The notes beneath the pieces were generated by a model that was not told the DNA's origin, did not search any database, and saw nothing but the letters and a program-made list of their open reading frames with translations. A stretch of 62,985 bases of DNA, filler included, from Folioceros fuciformis (lineage: Eukaryota): the NCBI GenBank assembly GCA_049999805.1. It is 4 parts of 3 records of this genome, joined end to end, with 100 filler letters (N's around TTAATTAATTAA, not from the genome) between each part and the next. Parts side by side here need not be neighbours in the genome. Positions count along the whole stretch, not along the records: positions 24,733 to 49,759 come from JBNGIO010006356.1; positions 49,860 to 57,005 come from JBNGIO010006367.1; 2 more parts are not named here. One strand, 5' to 3'. The position numbers were made by a program, and so were the translations under genes. This document shows, piece by piece, positions 38,338 through 50,263 of this stretch (position 1 is its first letter; every line of letters begins with the position of its first letter).

Positions 38338-41042
38338 TTATCCCTTAATGAGGAAACTATGCACCATGCCGTCCATGTCTGTCCACCAGCTCTGACCTGG
38401 CTCCTTCCATGCCCTCATTTCTGTCCTTCAGGCCTGCATCTCCTGTGCCTGCTCCCACATATGAGCACCGGTGTAAATGTTGGACATCAACACATATCTT
38501 GCACCATCACGCTCGTCTCGCTTCACAGCTTGGTCAAAAGCATGGCGTCCGACCTCAACGTTGCTCCACTTTTGACAGGCGTCTAACGGGGTGTGCCAAA
38601 CTGCGGCATCAGGCGGTAAGGGCATCAAGCGCCTCGGTAAGCTGGCCTGCACGGCCCAAGAGATCCACGATGCATGTGTAGCGTTCCACGCCGGGAGTAA
38701 TGCTGTAGTGTGTGCTCATAGAATCAAAGTACTCCCTGCCCTCCTTGACTAGACCCGCATGACTGCATACAGTTAGGATGCTAAGGAATGTAGAACAGCT
38801 GGCTGTATTCCTTCTTTCTCATTCTCTCCAGCAAATCGAAGACGACTTCAATGTCTCCTTGACAGGTGTAGCCTGCAATCAGTGAGCTCCAGACGACAGT
38901 GGCATCAAACACCTGCTGCGCATCGACCATACTCCCAGACTTCCGTACATGTTTATCAGACTGCCGGCTACAAACTCCACGGCTTAAAGCCCTTGTTCTC
39001 GAATCTGTGCATGTAGCTGCCTCCCCAGATGCAGAACTACCAAATCTGCGCATGCCTGCAACAGGCACACCAACGCTACAGAATTGGGGTAACGTGATGC
39101 CTTCTCTTTGCATGGCACTGTAAAGACGAATGGCTTCCACGCCCATACCTTTGCTGGGAATACCCTGCTATCATGGCATTCCATGTTACCACATCTTTCT
39201 GACGAAGTCCGTCAAACACTCTCTGAGCATCTTCCAAGCTGCCACATTTTGCATACATGTTCAACAGACTGCTACCTACAAATCAATCACCTTGATATCC
39301 TTGTTCTCTGATTTGAGAATGAAGCTGCTTCCCCGTCTCTAATGCCAGGATGCCCACGCTGGCACATGCCAGCAGAAGATACACAAATGTCACTGAATTC
39401 GGTACAGCACCACCACCTTCTTCCATAGCATTGTGAAGCTGAAGGGCTTGCTGGCCCATGTCCTGAAAGGCAATACCCGGCTATTGAGGGCATTCCACGT
39501 CACTACGTCCTTTTCACCAAGTTCGTCAAACACACGTTGAGCATCTGTCAAGCTACCGCACCTTGCATACATGTTCACCAGGCTGCTGCCTACAAACATA
39601 TCAGCTTGATGCCCTTGTCCTCACATTTGCGAATGGATCTGCTCCCCCTTCTCCAATGCCGTGTTGCCCACACTTGCACACGCCTGCAGATGTCACAGAA
39701 TTGGGTACCGCATTGCCTTCTTGCATAGCTGCATAGAGACGACGGGCTTCCTGGCCCATGCCCAGCTGGGAATATCCTGCGATCATCGCATTCCATGTCA
39801 CCACATCTTTTCGACCCAGTCCGTCAAAAACGCCCTGAGCGTCCTTCATGCTGCCACTTTTCGCATACATGTTTACCAGACTGTTGGCTACAAACACATC
39901 ATCCTGATGTCCTCTCTGTCTAATTTGCGCATGAAGCTCCTTCCCCATCTCGAACGCTGTGGTGCCCACACGTGCACAAGCCTGCAGAAGACACACGTAC
40001 GTCACAGAATCAGGAGCTCAAAGTCCCTCATCTTCCATAACCCTGTACAGACTAAGGGGTTCCAACCCCATGCCCTTCCGAGAGAACCCTGCTAACATAG
40101 CATTCCATGAGACCACGTTTTTTCCCCAAGTCCGTTAAACACATCCTGAGCCTCTTCCAAACTACCGCACTTTGCATACATGTCCACCAAGCAACTACAA
40201 ACGAATAAGTCAGGCTCGACGCCAGTGGCCAACACATCAGCATGCACTCGCTGCCCAGCTTCCAAGTCCGATGCCCTTGCACAAGCTTGAAGGGCTGCCA
40301 TGAACACATGGCCGTCTGGCTTCGTACTTGAACAGCGCATCCTGCGATATAGTTGTATGGCATGCTTGTTCTGTCCACATTTAACATGCGAAGAAATGAT
40401 AGAACACCACATAAAAGTATCTGGTTTGGGAACCAAGGTAAACACATCCATGGCGTCTTGCAACCTCTCACACGAAGCATACATTCGAAGGACATGATTG
40501 CACAGGAACGTGTCCGACTGGTACCCATGTTTCACCGGTAACGCATGTGCTCAGCGACCCAGCACGAGATCCTTTTTCTCCACACACTTCTTCAGGACAG
40601 CGTAGAACAGAGAGTTAGAAATACAATCGACTTTCTGCACCAAAACTCCCAAAGCCTCAACAGCCTCAGTGACATGCCCCGCATGGCAAACCTTTGTCAC
40701 GGTATCTGCAGTAATGCCCCCATCATGTACTGTAAGCTCAGTCCCGCCGGGATCCGGATCTTCCCGTGATCTCCAGTTGCATTTCCAGACTTTGCCACCA
40801 CCCTTGCGGGTAGACCCGTCTGTTGCTGAACATACTCTCAGACGGGCTGTCCCTCCAGCATACCGGCTGCAACAGGCGGCTTGGCTGTTTGGCAGAGGAT
40901 GGTCTTTGGATAACAGGCGAGCGGGAGCTACCGTTCCCCGAATACTCATTAGCCCACCACTTTGTCTTGCCCACCAAACCTGTCCGGACAACGGGTCCTG
41001 TTGACCAGTGAGTAACTCCGTTGCAACCCAGGACACAGCCAT
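38338..41042 (-). pseudogene. PLS-class PPR RNA-editing-factor gene with E domain and WW-type PG box, disrupted by stops and frameshifts
   Basis: Repeated LVxMYAKCGSLxxAxxVF..DVVTWNAMIAGY motifs spread over several frames; TGA at 40551; E-domain YVLMSNIY; KEPGQSWWTD..VHSF followed by a stop. Confidence 0.9.
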
Positions 41043-41538
41043 GGGTCATAGGAGCAGGCGCTGGGCCTACGAGAGCCGGTCCGTAGCTGGACATCATGTG
41101 TATTCTTGCTCAGCCGAGGTGTAGCACGGCCAGCCTCCGGTGGGGATCCTGGACTGTGGCCTGAGAGGGCGAGCACATCCGTCTTGAAGCCAGAACACTG
41201 CTTGATCATTCCTGACTAGAAGCAAAGCATGTTCCTTCTAATCCGGTCAGCCATGTTTTGATCTGTAGAACATGAGCAACAAAGCCAGTGACGGCTTTAA
41301 GCAAGCGTTACAGATGCTCGTCTGCGTGATGTGGTGTTGTTGCCGGGTAGTAAGTAGTTTGCTAGTCAAGGTAAGAGCAAGTGGTATTCAACTCGGGCAC
41401 CAAACTGCCGTGTTGATGGTGGTACATGAGATGCTTTTGAAAGCGACCCCGGCGATGGCCGAATGCCAAGAGTCTTGTAAGTAGAGCCATCGTGGAAGCA
41501 GAGGTCGAGCTCGGCAAATACTCTCGACGGATGTGTTC

Positions 41539-43412
41539 TCAAAATGGTGATGAGGAAAGACATTGACAAGACATCCACTGCGGAAGTTGCTCAATAACTT
41601 TACTCCGCAAGGTACTAGTGTAGCATTCCCATTGCCGTTGAGCCTCGTAGATGCTGTGTGCTTCGTCAATTGTAGGGCATGGTGTTTCTGCAACAATGCA
41701 AGGACTGCCCAGTTTCGTCATACTTGGGGAGACCTGATGTTCAAGCTGATGGTTGCAAGCCCCTGACTCCTTTTGCCATACCCGGAACTGCAAGACCTGG
41801 GCAACAGCGTACAAGTCACCAACAAGGTCCCGAGGCATGTTCAAATGGAGACGAAAACAATCAGTGTTCACCTGAAGTGCATGCAAGCTGTTCTTGAAAG
41901 TGTAGGAAACACCGGTGCTTGTCGACTCCAGCTTCAAGTCGTGTGCTGACTCGCTCGGTCCCTGTGCTGTCCTCTCTGTCTGCTGCTCAGCAGATGGAGG
42001 CAGACTCGATATCCATTTCAGAGGAGTGAACCCCAAAGAAGCCAACCGATCAAGGCAGATGTCATAGCCTGAATTTGAGCTATCCTGATCACAGTTCGCA
42101 GTCCAGTACATGTTCGGTGATGCTGGAACTGGGCAACAAGAGAAAGGTGGTTCAATGACAGTGCCAGTCTTCCCAGAGCTTCCATTGCTTGTATCAACAC
42201 TGTTCGCAGATAATATGAGAGTTCGAGCCAGCTGCTGAATGAGCTTGCCATCTTCATCATGAGCACTGTCCCTTGTGAACCACAACGCTAGTGTACAGCG
42301 CTCTCCACATAAAATCTGCAATCTCTATTGTCATACAAAGGCGTCCGTCCGAAGGCGTAGATCGGCAGGGAGAGTTTGTTTCAAACATACTGTGCAACTA
42401 ACAGTCCAATACAGGTCTCACATGAAGGGAAAGCAATCATTCTCATATTACAGCTCGTTTGTTCAGACCTCATCCACGCTGTGCATATTCTTTTCGTCCG
42501 CAGAATATATTACAACAGTCTGCAGTCAGCAGCAGCAGTTTCAGTGAAGAAGCCATTGCTGCCTGTACCCAAAGCTATCACAACTTGCACAAACATCAAA
42601 GCAATGCCACAGGCATCCGACTCACCCCCTTTGTTGGCACAACAGTTGATGGTTCTCCCTTCTCAAAACGAAACAAACCACCTCTGAAGTCAACGTCGTA
42701 ATCGTTCAGGTAGCACACTGCCTGCATCGCCGATAATACGGTCAGTCAGGACTGTTCGCGGAACACTCCATGTTTTCAAGCGTGTCCGATGTGTCCTTTC
42801 ACCCGTACAGAGAAGTGTCGCTGCTTCAAGTAGGGCTTGTTATCATCACTGTGCCACCCAATCCTAGCACCTTTGGTCCAGCTGCACTGCAATCAGAGAA
42901 AGGTTACGAACATTGAAGCACAGACAAGCCACAAGAGAAAGTTCAGCATTCACGTGCCTGATTAGCCCAGTGAACTCAACGAAAAGCTCAAACTCACAGC
43001 CAAATCGTTCTTCAATAAGCTCCTTCAATCTTTCTGCTTCAGCGTGACAGTGTTTGACTGAGTGACTAAGCCGAACATCACATAGGGTGCTGAAGGTCAG
43101 AAACGTGACCTCGAATGGAGAGGAAGGGCAGCACAAGCCCGCTGCAATTGGTTGCGATTAGATGTGACAGAGTTGTTGACCGGACATGTGGGCGATACCC
43201 CATGACGCTGCAGCTCTTGTGAATAAATTCCAGTTCCTGACTACCAAGAGCTTGGGACATCAGATAGAAAGCCATCACAGGGTAGACCGAACATGAAGGA
43301 AGCGTTGCTCGATCAAAACCCAGTACAACCGACGCACACAAGGTTAGGTGGGCACCTTACACACACCAGCGGAAAGAAAGCCCTCAACCACCAGCCGATG
43401 GACGTCCTCCAT
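41539..43412 (-). CDS. 2-oxoglutarate/Fe(II) oxygenase, prolyl 3-hydroxylase/leprecan-like plant family, multi-exon
   Basis: Exon peptides MEDVHRLVVEGFLS, ELEFIHKS..GYRPHVRSTTLSHLIATN, ELFVEFTGLI, IGWHSDDNKPYLKQR (HxD), AVCYLN..FRGGLF, NMHSVDE and GERCTLALWFT; GT-AG boundaries. Confidence 0.9.
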
Positions 43413-43650
43413 GAATCCACGCAGTTCCGATACAGCAATTCACGAGCACCTGCAAGATCTCATTTTGAGGGTTTGCGAAGGATGTAAAAGGTCGGTGACC
43501 GAGTGAGCTGGAATGTTTTCGAAGACGAAGGTTACAAGAACTGTGAAGTGAAGCGGGTGACAACAATATGCGCGCACGATCGACGTTGTCATAGAACCGA
43601 ATTACAGCCAACCGCTTCTGTAGAGATTCCGGGGAAAGTACGCAAACGGA

Positions 43651-44936
43651 CTACTTTACTGCAAGAAGCGGGATCGCGGCTGAATCTGCTGTCGTCTCAC
43701 AGCTGACGTCCGTATCACGCACAACCTTGCGAGATGGAAGCACTACGGCAGCTATTGGCAAGTGATCTAGACCACCACTTTCATCAATGATGAGTCTCTT
43801 CTCGTCCTCAAACATGCTGCCATGGTGCCCACTGACAAGCAACACTCCTTGATCTTGCAGCTCCTGAATCAACGAACAGTTTCCACACTCAATTCATGCT
43901 TGAGCCTGAACGGGGTAGAAGCACGCGGCAGCGACGACCCAGGATGGTATGCACTCTGGAGCTTACCTTCGGATTATCCCAAACGTTCTTCCTCCCACTC
44001 AGAGCTTCTATGCGGGGATAGGTCACATCCCTCTTACGAAGGACTCCTAACTGTTGCTCAATGGGCTTCGACTTCTCCAGTCCGGCGTGTACAACAATCA
44101 GCCTGCTGTAGCTTGTGGCTGGATCACCAGTCTCCACCCCCTCCTGTTAGTTCAACTAGTCATCAGACCCAAGCGTATCCTCAAGCATCAACTTGGAGCC
44201 CTTGCCGCAGGAAAAGAGGCACAAGATACTGACCTGTTCGTGCACCCACACAAGGTCCTGCAGAAACTTCTTGTGGGTGTCCGGCATTGCCTTGAGCAAA
44301 CCTGCAGCCACAGAGCTGTTTGAAAATAGAACTCCACACTCATGGTTTAGCTATTTCACACTCCACCAACCACCAGACGCTGGTGTTCCTTTCCAAACAA
44401 AAGTTAAACAGAGAATAAATCTGACCTTCCCGGTCTCCATGTGCAACACCGTAGCACTCAAAAGTCGGCCTGGAGTCGTAGATGGAGCCCTGGTAATACG
44501 TGCCCTTTATGCTGTTGAACTCCACTGTCATGCGGCCTGCCCATCGGACACCCTGCACATGGATGTCTTCCTCCCCTCTTCCGCTCCACCAGCCCTCCCT
44601 CTCCTTGCTCTTCTCAAACTCTTTCCATGTGCGGGCAAACGAAAATCCCGGCGGGGCGGGAGGAAGCAATCCCAGGAACGCAGCAAACGCGAAGTCGTGG
44701 TTGCCGCACAGAAAGACGTGTTTCTGCCCAGGGTATCGCCGGGGCAGGGAGACGAGAAAGTCCAACACCCCTGCCGTCTCCGGGCCTCGGTCATTGAAGT
44801 CCCCCAGGAAGATGATGGTGCAGGATTTGAAGACCTCCGACCCCAAGTGCAGCTCCAAGTTGTCCCACAGCTTAAGCAGGCGCTGCAAGTGCCCATGAAT
44901 ATCCCCCACGCACACGGTCACGCTCCCGCCCGTCAT
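43651..44936 (-). CDS. RLPH2: Rhizobiales-like phosphatase (RLPH; PPP-family metallophosphoesterase), multi-exon
   Basis: GDIHG, LGDFNDRG, CGNHD, VHAGLE, VSGHHG and RLIIDESGG motifs; RLPH-type WAGR..YQGSIYD segment. Confidence 0.92.
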
Positions 44937-45417
44937 TCGCACCTCCTGTCCCGCCTCACACACAGCACAATACAGTGAACGGCATCACACAATCCGAACT
45001 CTCTCCTCTCCCTCAAATGCTTCCCTCTCGCATGCGAAGACCCTTCAATACCAATCCCATCCTCACGCCCCTCAATGGCTCATTTCATGCTCGCCCCCCG
45101 CAAGGAACGCAGGGGAGGAAAATGGACAAGAAGCTTCGCTAAAATATCACAGCGTCCGGAAGCAACAAACACCACATTGGAGACACCTCCCTCACATGCA
45201 TAAGCCCAGGTTGAGATTGTGGCCCAGGTTTGTGCTACCGGCTAACACCGGTCACCAAGAAAACATGCAACCCGTCATGTGACCGTTTCAATTCACCGCT
45301 TGCCAGTCACCACAGTCAAATCACGTATTGCCAAGTTCCCGAGGCTCTCTTTGCGTCACTACTGAAAGCTAAATCTGTTTCCAGCTCATCGGCAAAGCAA
45401 CGCTTATGTCCACAGCA

Positions 45418-45665
45418 TTGAGCTTGGATTTGAGATCCTCTACTGCGCCAAAGTAACACTCCCCGACCCGAAGCGGGCTCGAAGCGTAGAGGTTGACACA
45501 GCAGAGGAGTCTCAAATCCCACCTCAACTCTGTTCCCAGTTCGACTTTGGTAGGGCGCGGCTGACTATCGAATATGAGACTCCTCGGCTGTGTCTGGATT
45601 ACTGCAGGTATGTGCATTACACACGCTGGAAAATCCCGACACAGCAGAGGAGTCTCAAATTCGAT
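45418..45665 (-). ncRNA. Two tandem pre-miRNA-like hairpins (45418-45527, 45567-45665), candidate polycistronic MIR locus
   Basis: Identical 23-nt arm GACACAGCAGAGGAGTCTCAAAT at 45495-45517 and 45638-45660, each paired with a different imperfect complementary arm. Confidence 0.6.
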
Positions 45666-46722
45666 CACCATCCGCTCATTCACCTCCGCATTGGGAAAAG
45701 CTCAGTCCCAGTCTCCCCCGCACTGCAAAAGATGTGAAGCTCGATGGCTGCGTCGTTCAGATTCCAGACCAGACTCTTTAAAGAGAATCCAATACTACTG
45801 TTCCGCAGCTTGCATGACACGGCAGCGGTAAGGACGCAGGTGCAACTGCAGGTGCACCGCTGCCGCAGCTGCTGCTGCTATGTCTTCAAACTATCTAAAG
45901 TTTGTCCTGACAAGGGGTCAACGATTTATTGCTGAGATTGGGATTTCAGAGCTGTAGAAGGCTCACGATCTGGAATCTCGCACTGTATTAGTGTCAGAAC
46001 CTCGATCAGGAAAGTCTGCCAATCAGGGGCCGTCTGACGCTTTCCTCTTGTGTTTCGACTGGCGGGTTTTGCAGGGTGACTGCCCGTTGTGACGCGTTCG
46101 CGCGCTCACGATTTGCTGCATGCGCGAGAGTCCAGGATGCTCGGGACTCCAACGCCGCGTGAAAGCGGACACTCGGCCGAGCGGGATTGGCCATGGCACC
46201 GGCTGGCCACCGGCTATCATCGGTTGCCGAGCTTCGCTTCGCGCTGTACCGTGAGCCTACGCCACCCCATGAAGAGCAGGGAAGCTGGGGACGACGGACT
46301 CCTCCGGGGCCGATGGCATGGCCGCGTCCACCGGCCGAGGAGCAGAAGCTGGGATCCGAGGTCGGGGCCCGACAGCATACTGCGCAAGCCGCTACACCTT
46401 GCGATTCGAGGAGGAAGCTCTGGGCGGACGCCGCGGAGGATTTTTTTTGGCCGGCCTCGGGGAAGGCGCGGAGGAAGGAGGCAGGGCCCAGAGGAGCGGC
46501 CGCTGCCTCCTGCCACAGACAATGGAAGCGACAGCGGCAGAAGCCGCGCGTGAAGAGGAAGCCGCGTTGAGGCGGGCGACGTAGGAAGTGATTAGGGTTT
46601 GGGTAATTGCCGATCGTGACGGGAGTTACGAGCTTTTGGACCTTTGCGAGGAGGAGGATGTGCGTACAATTGTCATTGCTATGGACTGGAGGTAGCTCTG
46701 GGAATTGAGCTTCGACGGCAGG

Positions 46723-49700
46723 ATGCTGCCTCAGGAATGGCTGGCCCTTCTGCAGCAGCAGCTGCAGAATTGGTCGCAGCAGAGGCAGCCGGGGCGAGGG
46801 AAGGGACAGCCAGGGACGACGCTGCTCTCCCGGCTCAGGTGGAAGTGGCCGTGGCAAGCCGGGGCGGAGCAGAAGCAGAAGCTGCAGGATGAGATGATGC
46901 GGAGGAGGCAGCAAATTGAGGCGCTGCAGACTGCCGTGAAGGCGGAGAGCGTGCAGGACTTGGAGGACATTTTGTGCGCTATGGTCATGTCCGAATGCGT
47001 GTATAAGAGGCCAGAAGGTGACGTGATTCGCGCTGTGAACAAGTTCAAGACAGATTTCGGGGGCCAATTGGTGACGTTGCAGCGTATTCAAGCATCGTTG
47101 AATCACGTGCCGCATCAGTATTTGCTCGCGGAGAGCGATAGTACTCTGTATGCGTCGTTCATTGGGACGAAGGCTTACAAGGATGTCATCGCTGATGCAA
47201 GTTTTCTGCAGAAAGATCTGTTCAAGGACGAGCCGGATGCGGAGAACAGCTTGGTGGAGCAGGAGGAGGAGCTGGATGGTGAGCCTGGCAAACCGGTTGG
47301 GGGTTCTGGGAGAGGACTTCCGGACAGGCTCGCTGCTACGTCGAGACCCAAAATGGCTCGTCTCAGTCGTGTCAAACCGGCTGTTCACAGCGGATTTCTC
47401 GCTAGAGCCAAGGGTTTACCAGTCCTAGAGATTTACCGCTTAGCACAGAAGAAGGATCGACGGTTGGTGCTATGTGGTCATTCTTTGGGTGGAGCAGTGG
47501 CTGTGCTGGCAACTCTGGCCATCCTGCGAGCTTGTGCCTCTGTGTCATTTCTGAAGCCAGGTGCGGCTCCACCTCAGATTAGGTGTATCACGTTTTCGCA
47601 GCCTCCTGTTGGGAATTCCGCTCTGAGGGACTATGTCTATCGTAACGGCTGGCAACGACACTTCAGAACTTATTGCATTCCAGAAGATGTCGTGCCTCGC
47701 ATCCTATCACCAGCTTACTTTCAGCATTTCCGAAGGCAAGCCTCCGAATTGGAGCCTCAGACGGATCTCGGTGCATCTCCAGCCAAGACGCAGAAGGATG
47801 CATTTTTCGGAATAAAGGCTCTCACAAAGAAGACGGAGACGGAAGGCGGGAGGGAACGAATCACATTAGGTCTTGGCCCTGTCCATGATTCTCTCTGGAG
47901 GTTGCACAGGCTTGTTCCTCGTGCTGCCATCGAAAGGTGGCTTCCGTGGAGAGGAAGTCGTTCGGATGGCACCGCAGGTGGAGGGGGAGGGAGCCATAAT
48001 ACTGTGAGAGACAACACTGCTGGATTACCGGCTCCGACGGAAATCAGGGACGGTAGTGCAGGAGCTGAACTGACTCCCCTTGATCCTCCGTCCAATGTGG
48101 AGCATATTCAGAACAATCCCTCGGTTCGTGGAAGCAAGGACTCGAAGACTGGAGACAATTCTCCATGGCGCAGAAGGGTACCATATCTCCCTCAGTTGCC
48201 GGAGTATGTGCCTTTTGGGGAGCTGTACTTGTTGGAAAAATCAACTGTGGAACCATTTTCGGCTTCTGAGTATACGAAATTGACAACAGTCCAGTCAGTC
48301 CTGATTGAGTTGAGAGGTCGCTTTCAGTCACATACTATGAAGTCTTATCGTACCCGATTTCAAAGGATGTATGATGTTTGCATGACTGAAGACTTCTCCT
48401 CCTTGTCTTCAAGGATGGATTATCTACCACACCTACCACATCTGCGCAAATGGTTTGGGATTATTGAAGGAGGGCTGGCAGAAGCAGGTATGATTGCGGA
48501 ATCAATGTCCATTCAGTCAGCTACCTCGCTTGTGCCCCTGGGCTGGGCTGGCTCTACTGGAGAGAGAAGGAGATCTCGTCCCCTGGTGGTGGATGTTCAA
48601 GGATATGGCTTACACCATTGCACCCTGGTGGAGGCCCAAATTAATGGAAGGTGGTGTGCAACTTCCGTAGAAGCTTCACCTTCTCATCCAACGGACGATG
48701 GCGATGGGGATGAATCAACGAGGTTGCAGAGACTGCAGATCCGTGTTGGGCCACCTTTGCAGAAGCCCGTACGTCATGAAGGACCTGCTGTGGACGTGTC
48801 TGACTATGTACCTGGTGTTCAAACCAGTCTGGATCTGATCCATGGTAGACTCAGCAATGTTTCCGTCGTAGGGCTGGAACATGTAGTGATCTATTGTAGT
48901 ACAGACTTCGTGACTGTGGCAAAAGGCGTTGCTCTGAGGCTGAGACGCGTTCGGTTTTTAGGCCTTGATGGTGCGGGCAAAACTTCTCTGTGCCATGCTC
49001 TTTTAGGCCGACCAGGAAATGCAAAGAATACTGGTACAGGGGGAGGTGGTTTTGCAGATACCAATTTAAGGGAAGGGGTGAATGCTGGAGTTCATTATGT
49101 AGATGGGGTAGGGATAAATCTCCAAAATCTGGATGTGGAGGCTAAGCGGTTAAGACAGGAACTAAATGTGAGAGCTGGTGAGCTTAGTAAGAAGCTTGAT
49201 CTCGTCATACTTGTACACAATTTGGCTCATAAAATACCTTACATTCGGAATCCAACAGCGTTGAAGTCAGAACCTCAGAGACCTGCGTTGGGGCTTTTGA
49301 TAGATGAGGTGACTGCTGCAGGTGTTCCCTTTGTTCTGGCCATAACGAACAAATTTTCAGTCAGTGCAGATCATCGCCAGGTAGCAACAGCTGCTGTGAT
49401 GGATAGCTATGAAGTGCCTCCTACTCTCACCGTTGTTCTCAACTCTCGCCCCTACAGAGGAAATTCAGATTACGATTTGCAGAATCCAGAGGCTGGGCAG
49501 GAAACCAACAAAAACCTCATGGGAAGGGTGCAGGATTTCCAGAAGCTGATGTACAGCCCATTTCAAGGGAAGGTTGTCGTGCCCGCTGAGGGGGTGAACA
49601 GTTTGCGGCAACTCATACACAAAGTGTTACAAAATGCTGAAGAAACTGCGCGTCAAGAGCTGTTACATGAGGCTTTGGCACTAGAAATGGCGAATAGGAT

Positions 49701-49759
49701 GCCGATCAGGAGCAAGCAACCAAGACCTGGGCAGGTGGGAACTGCTGCAGTGGGTGCAG
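46723..49759 (+). CDS. Class 3 lipase family protein with C-terminal P-loop NTPase-like domain, intronless, 3' end cut by the contig break
   Basis: MVMSECVYKRP, YLLAE..LYASFIGTK, HSGFLARAK, GHSLGG, DVVPRILSP; later GLDGAGKTS and TNKF; more than 1000 codons open. Confidence 0.92.
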
Positions 49760-49859
49760 NNNNNNNNNNNNNNNNNNNNNNNNNNNNNNNNNNNNNNNNN
49801 NNNTTAATTAATTAANNNNNNNNNNNNNNNNNNNNNNNNNNNNNNNNNNNNNNNNNNNN
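49760..49859. other. Artificial contig linker
   Basis: N run + TTAATTAATTAA + N run. Confidence 0.98.
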
Positions 49860-50263
49860 AGCTCCAGAGTTAGATCTGTTCCTCGGCATTTTCCCTATAA
49901 TAAAATCACCAGCGTATGGTGCTCTGATACCATAACTAAAATATAGCACGCTGGTATAACATCAAGATAGCTTGACATTCTGTGCATACAGCACAAAGGG
50001 GGCACGAAGTTGACCAGCACACGAAAACGTTGAGCAAGAAGAATGATGATATATATTAACAATTAATGAAGATGTATTTATACTAAATGTAGTCTATTAA
50101 CCCTAAATAATATGACCTAAAGGTAAGTAGGGATATTTAACCGTCGGGGTTATTAATCCAACACTCCCACTTAATCTCGACGGGTTAAAATCAGGGAAAT
50201 CCACTTATCCAAACATTTTTTTTTTTTTTTTTTTTTTTTTTTATTCCCGTTCCGCAATCCAGA

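Noticed and set aside
40549-40553. PPR in-frame TGA repaired by U-to-C editing
   Set aside because: That editing acts on organellar RNAs, and this nuclear gene also has several frameshifts.
43651-44936. RLPH as recent horizontal transfer or bacterial contamination
   Set aside because: It has spliceosomal introns and belongs to an established plant family of bacterial-like phosphatases.
44193-44978. 261-aa plus-strand ORF
   Set aside because: Antisense shadow of RLPH exon 1.
46006-47388. 460-aa minus-strand ORF
   Set aside because: Antisense shadow of the GC-rich lipase CDS and its leader; no recognisable domain.
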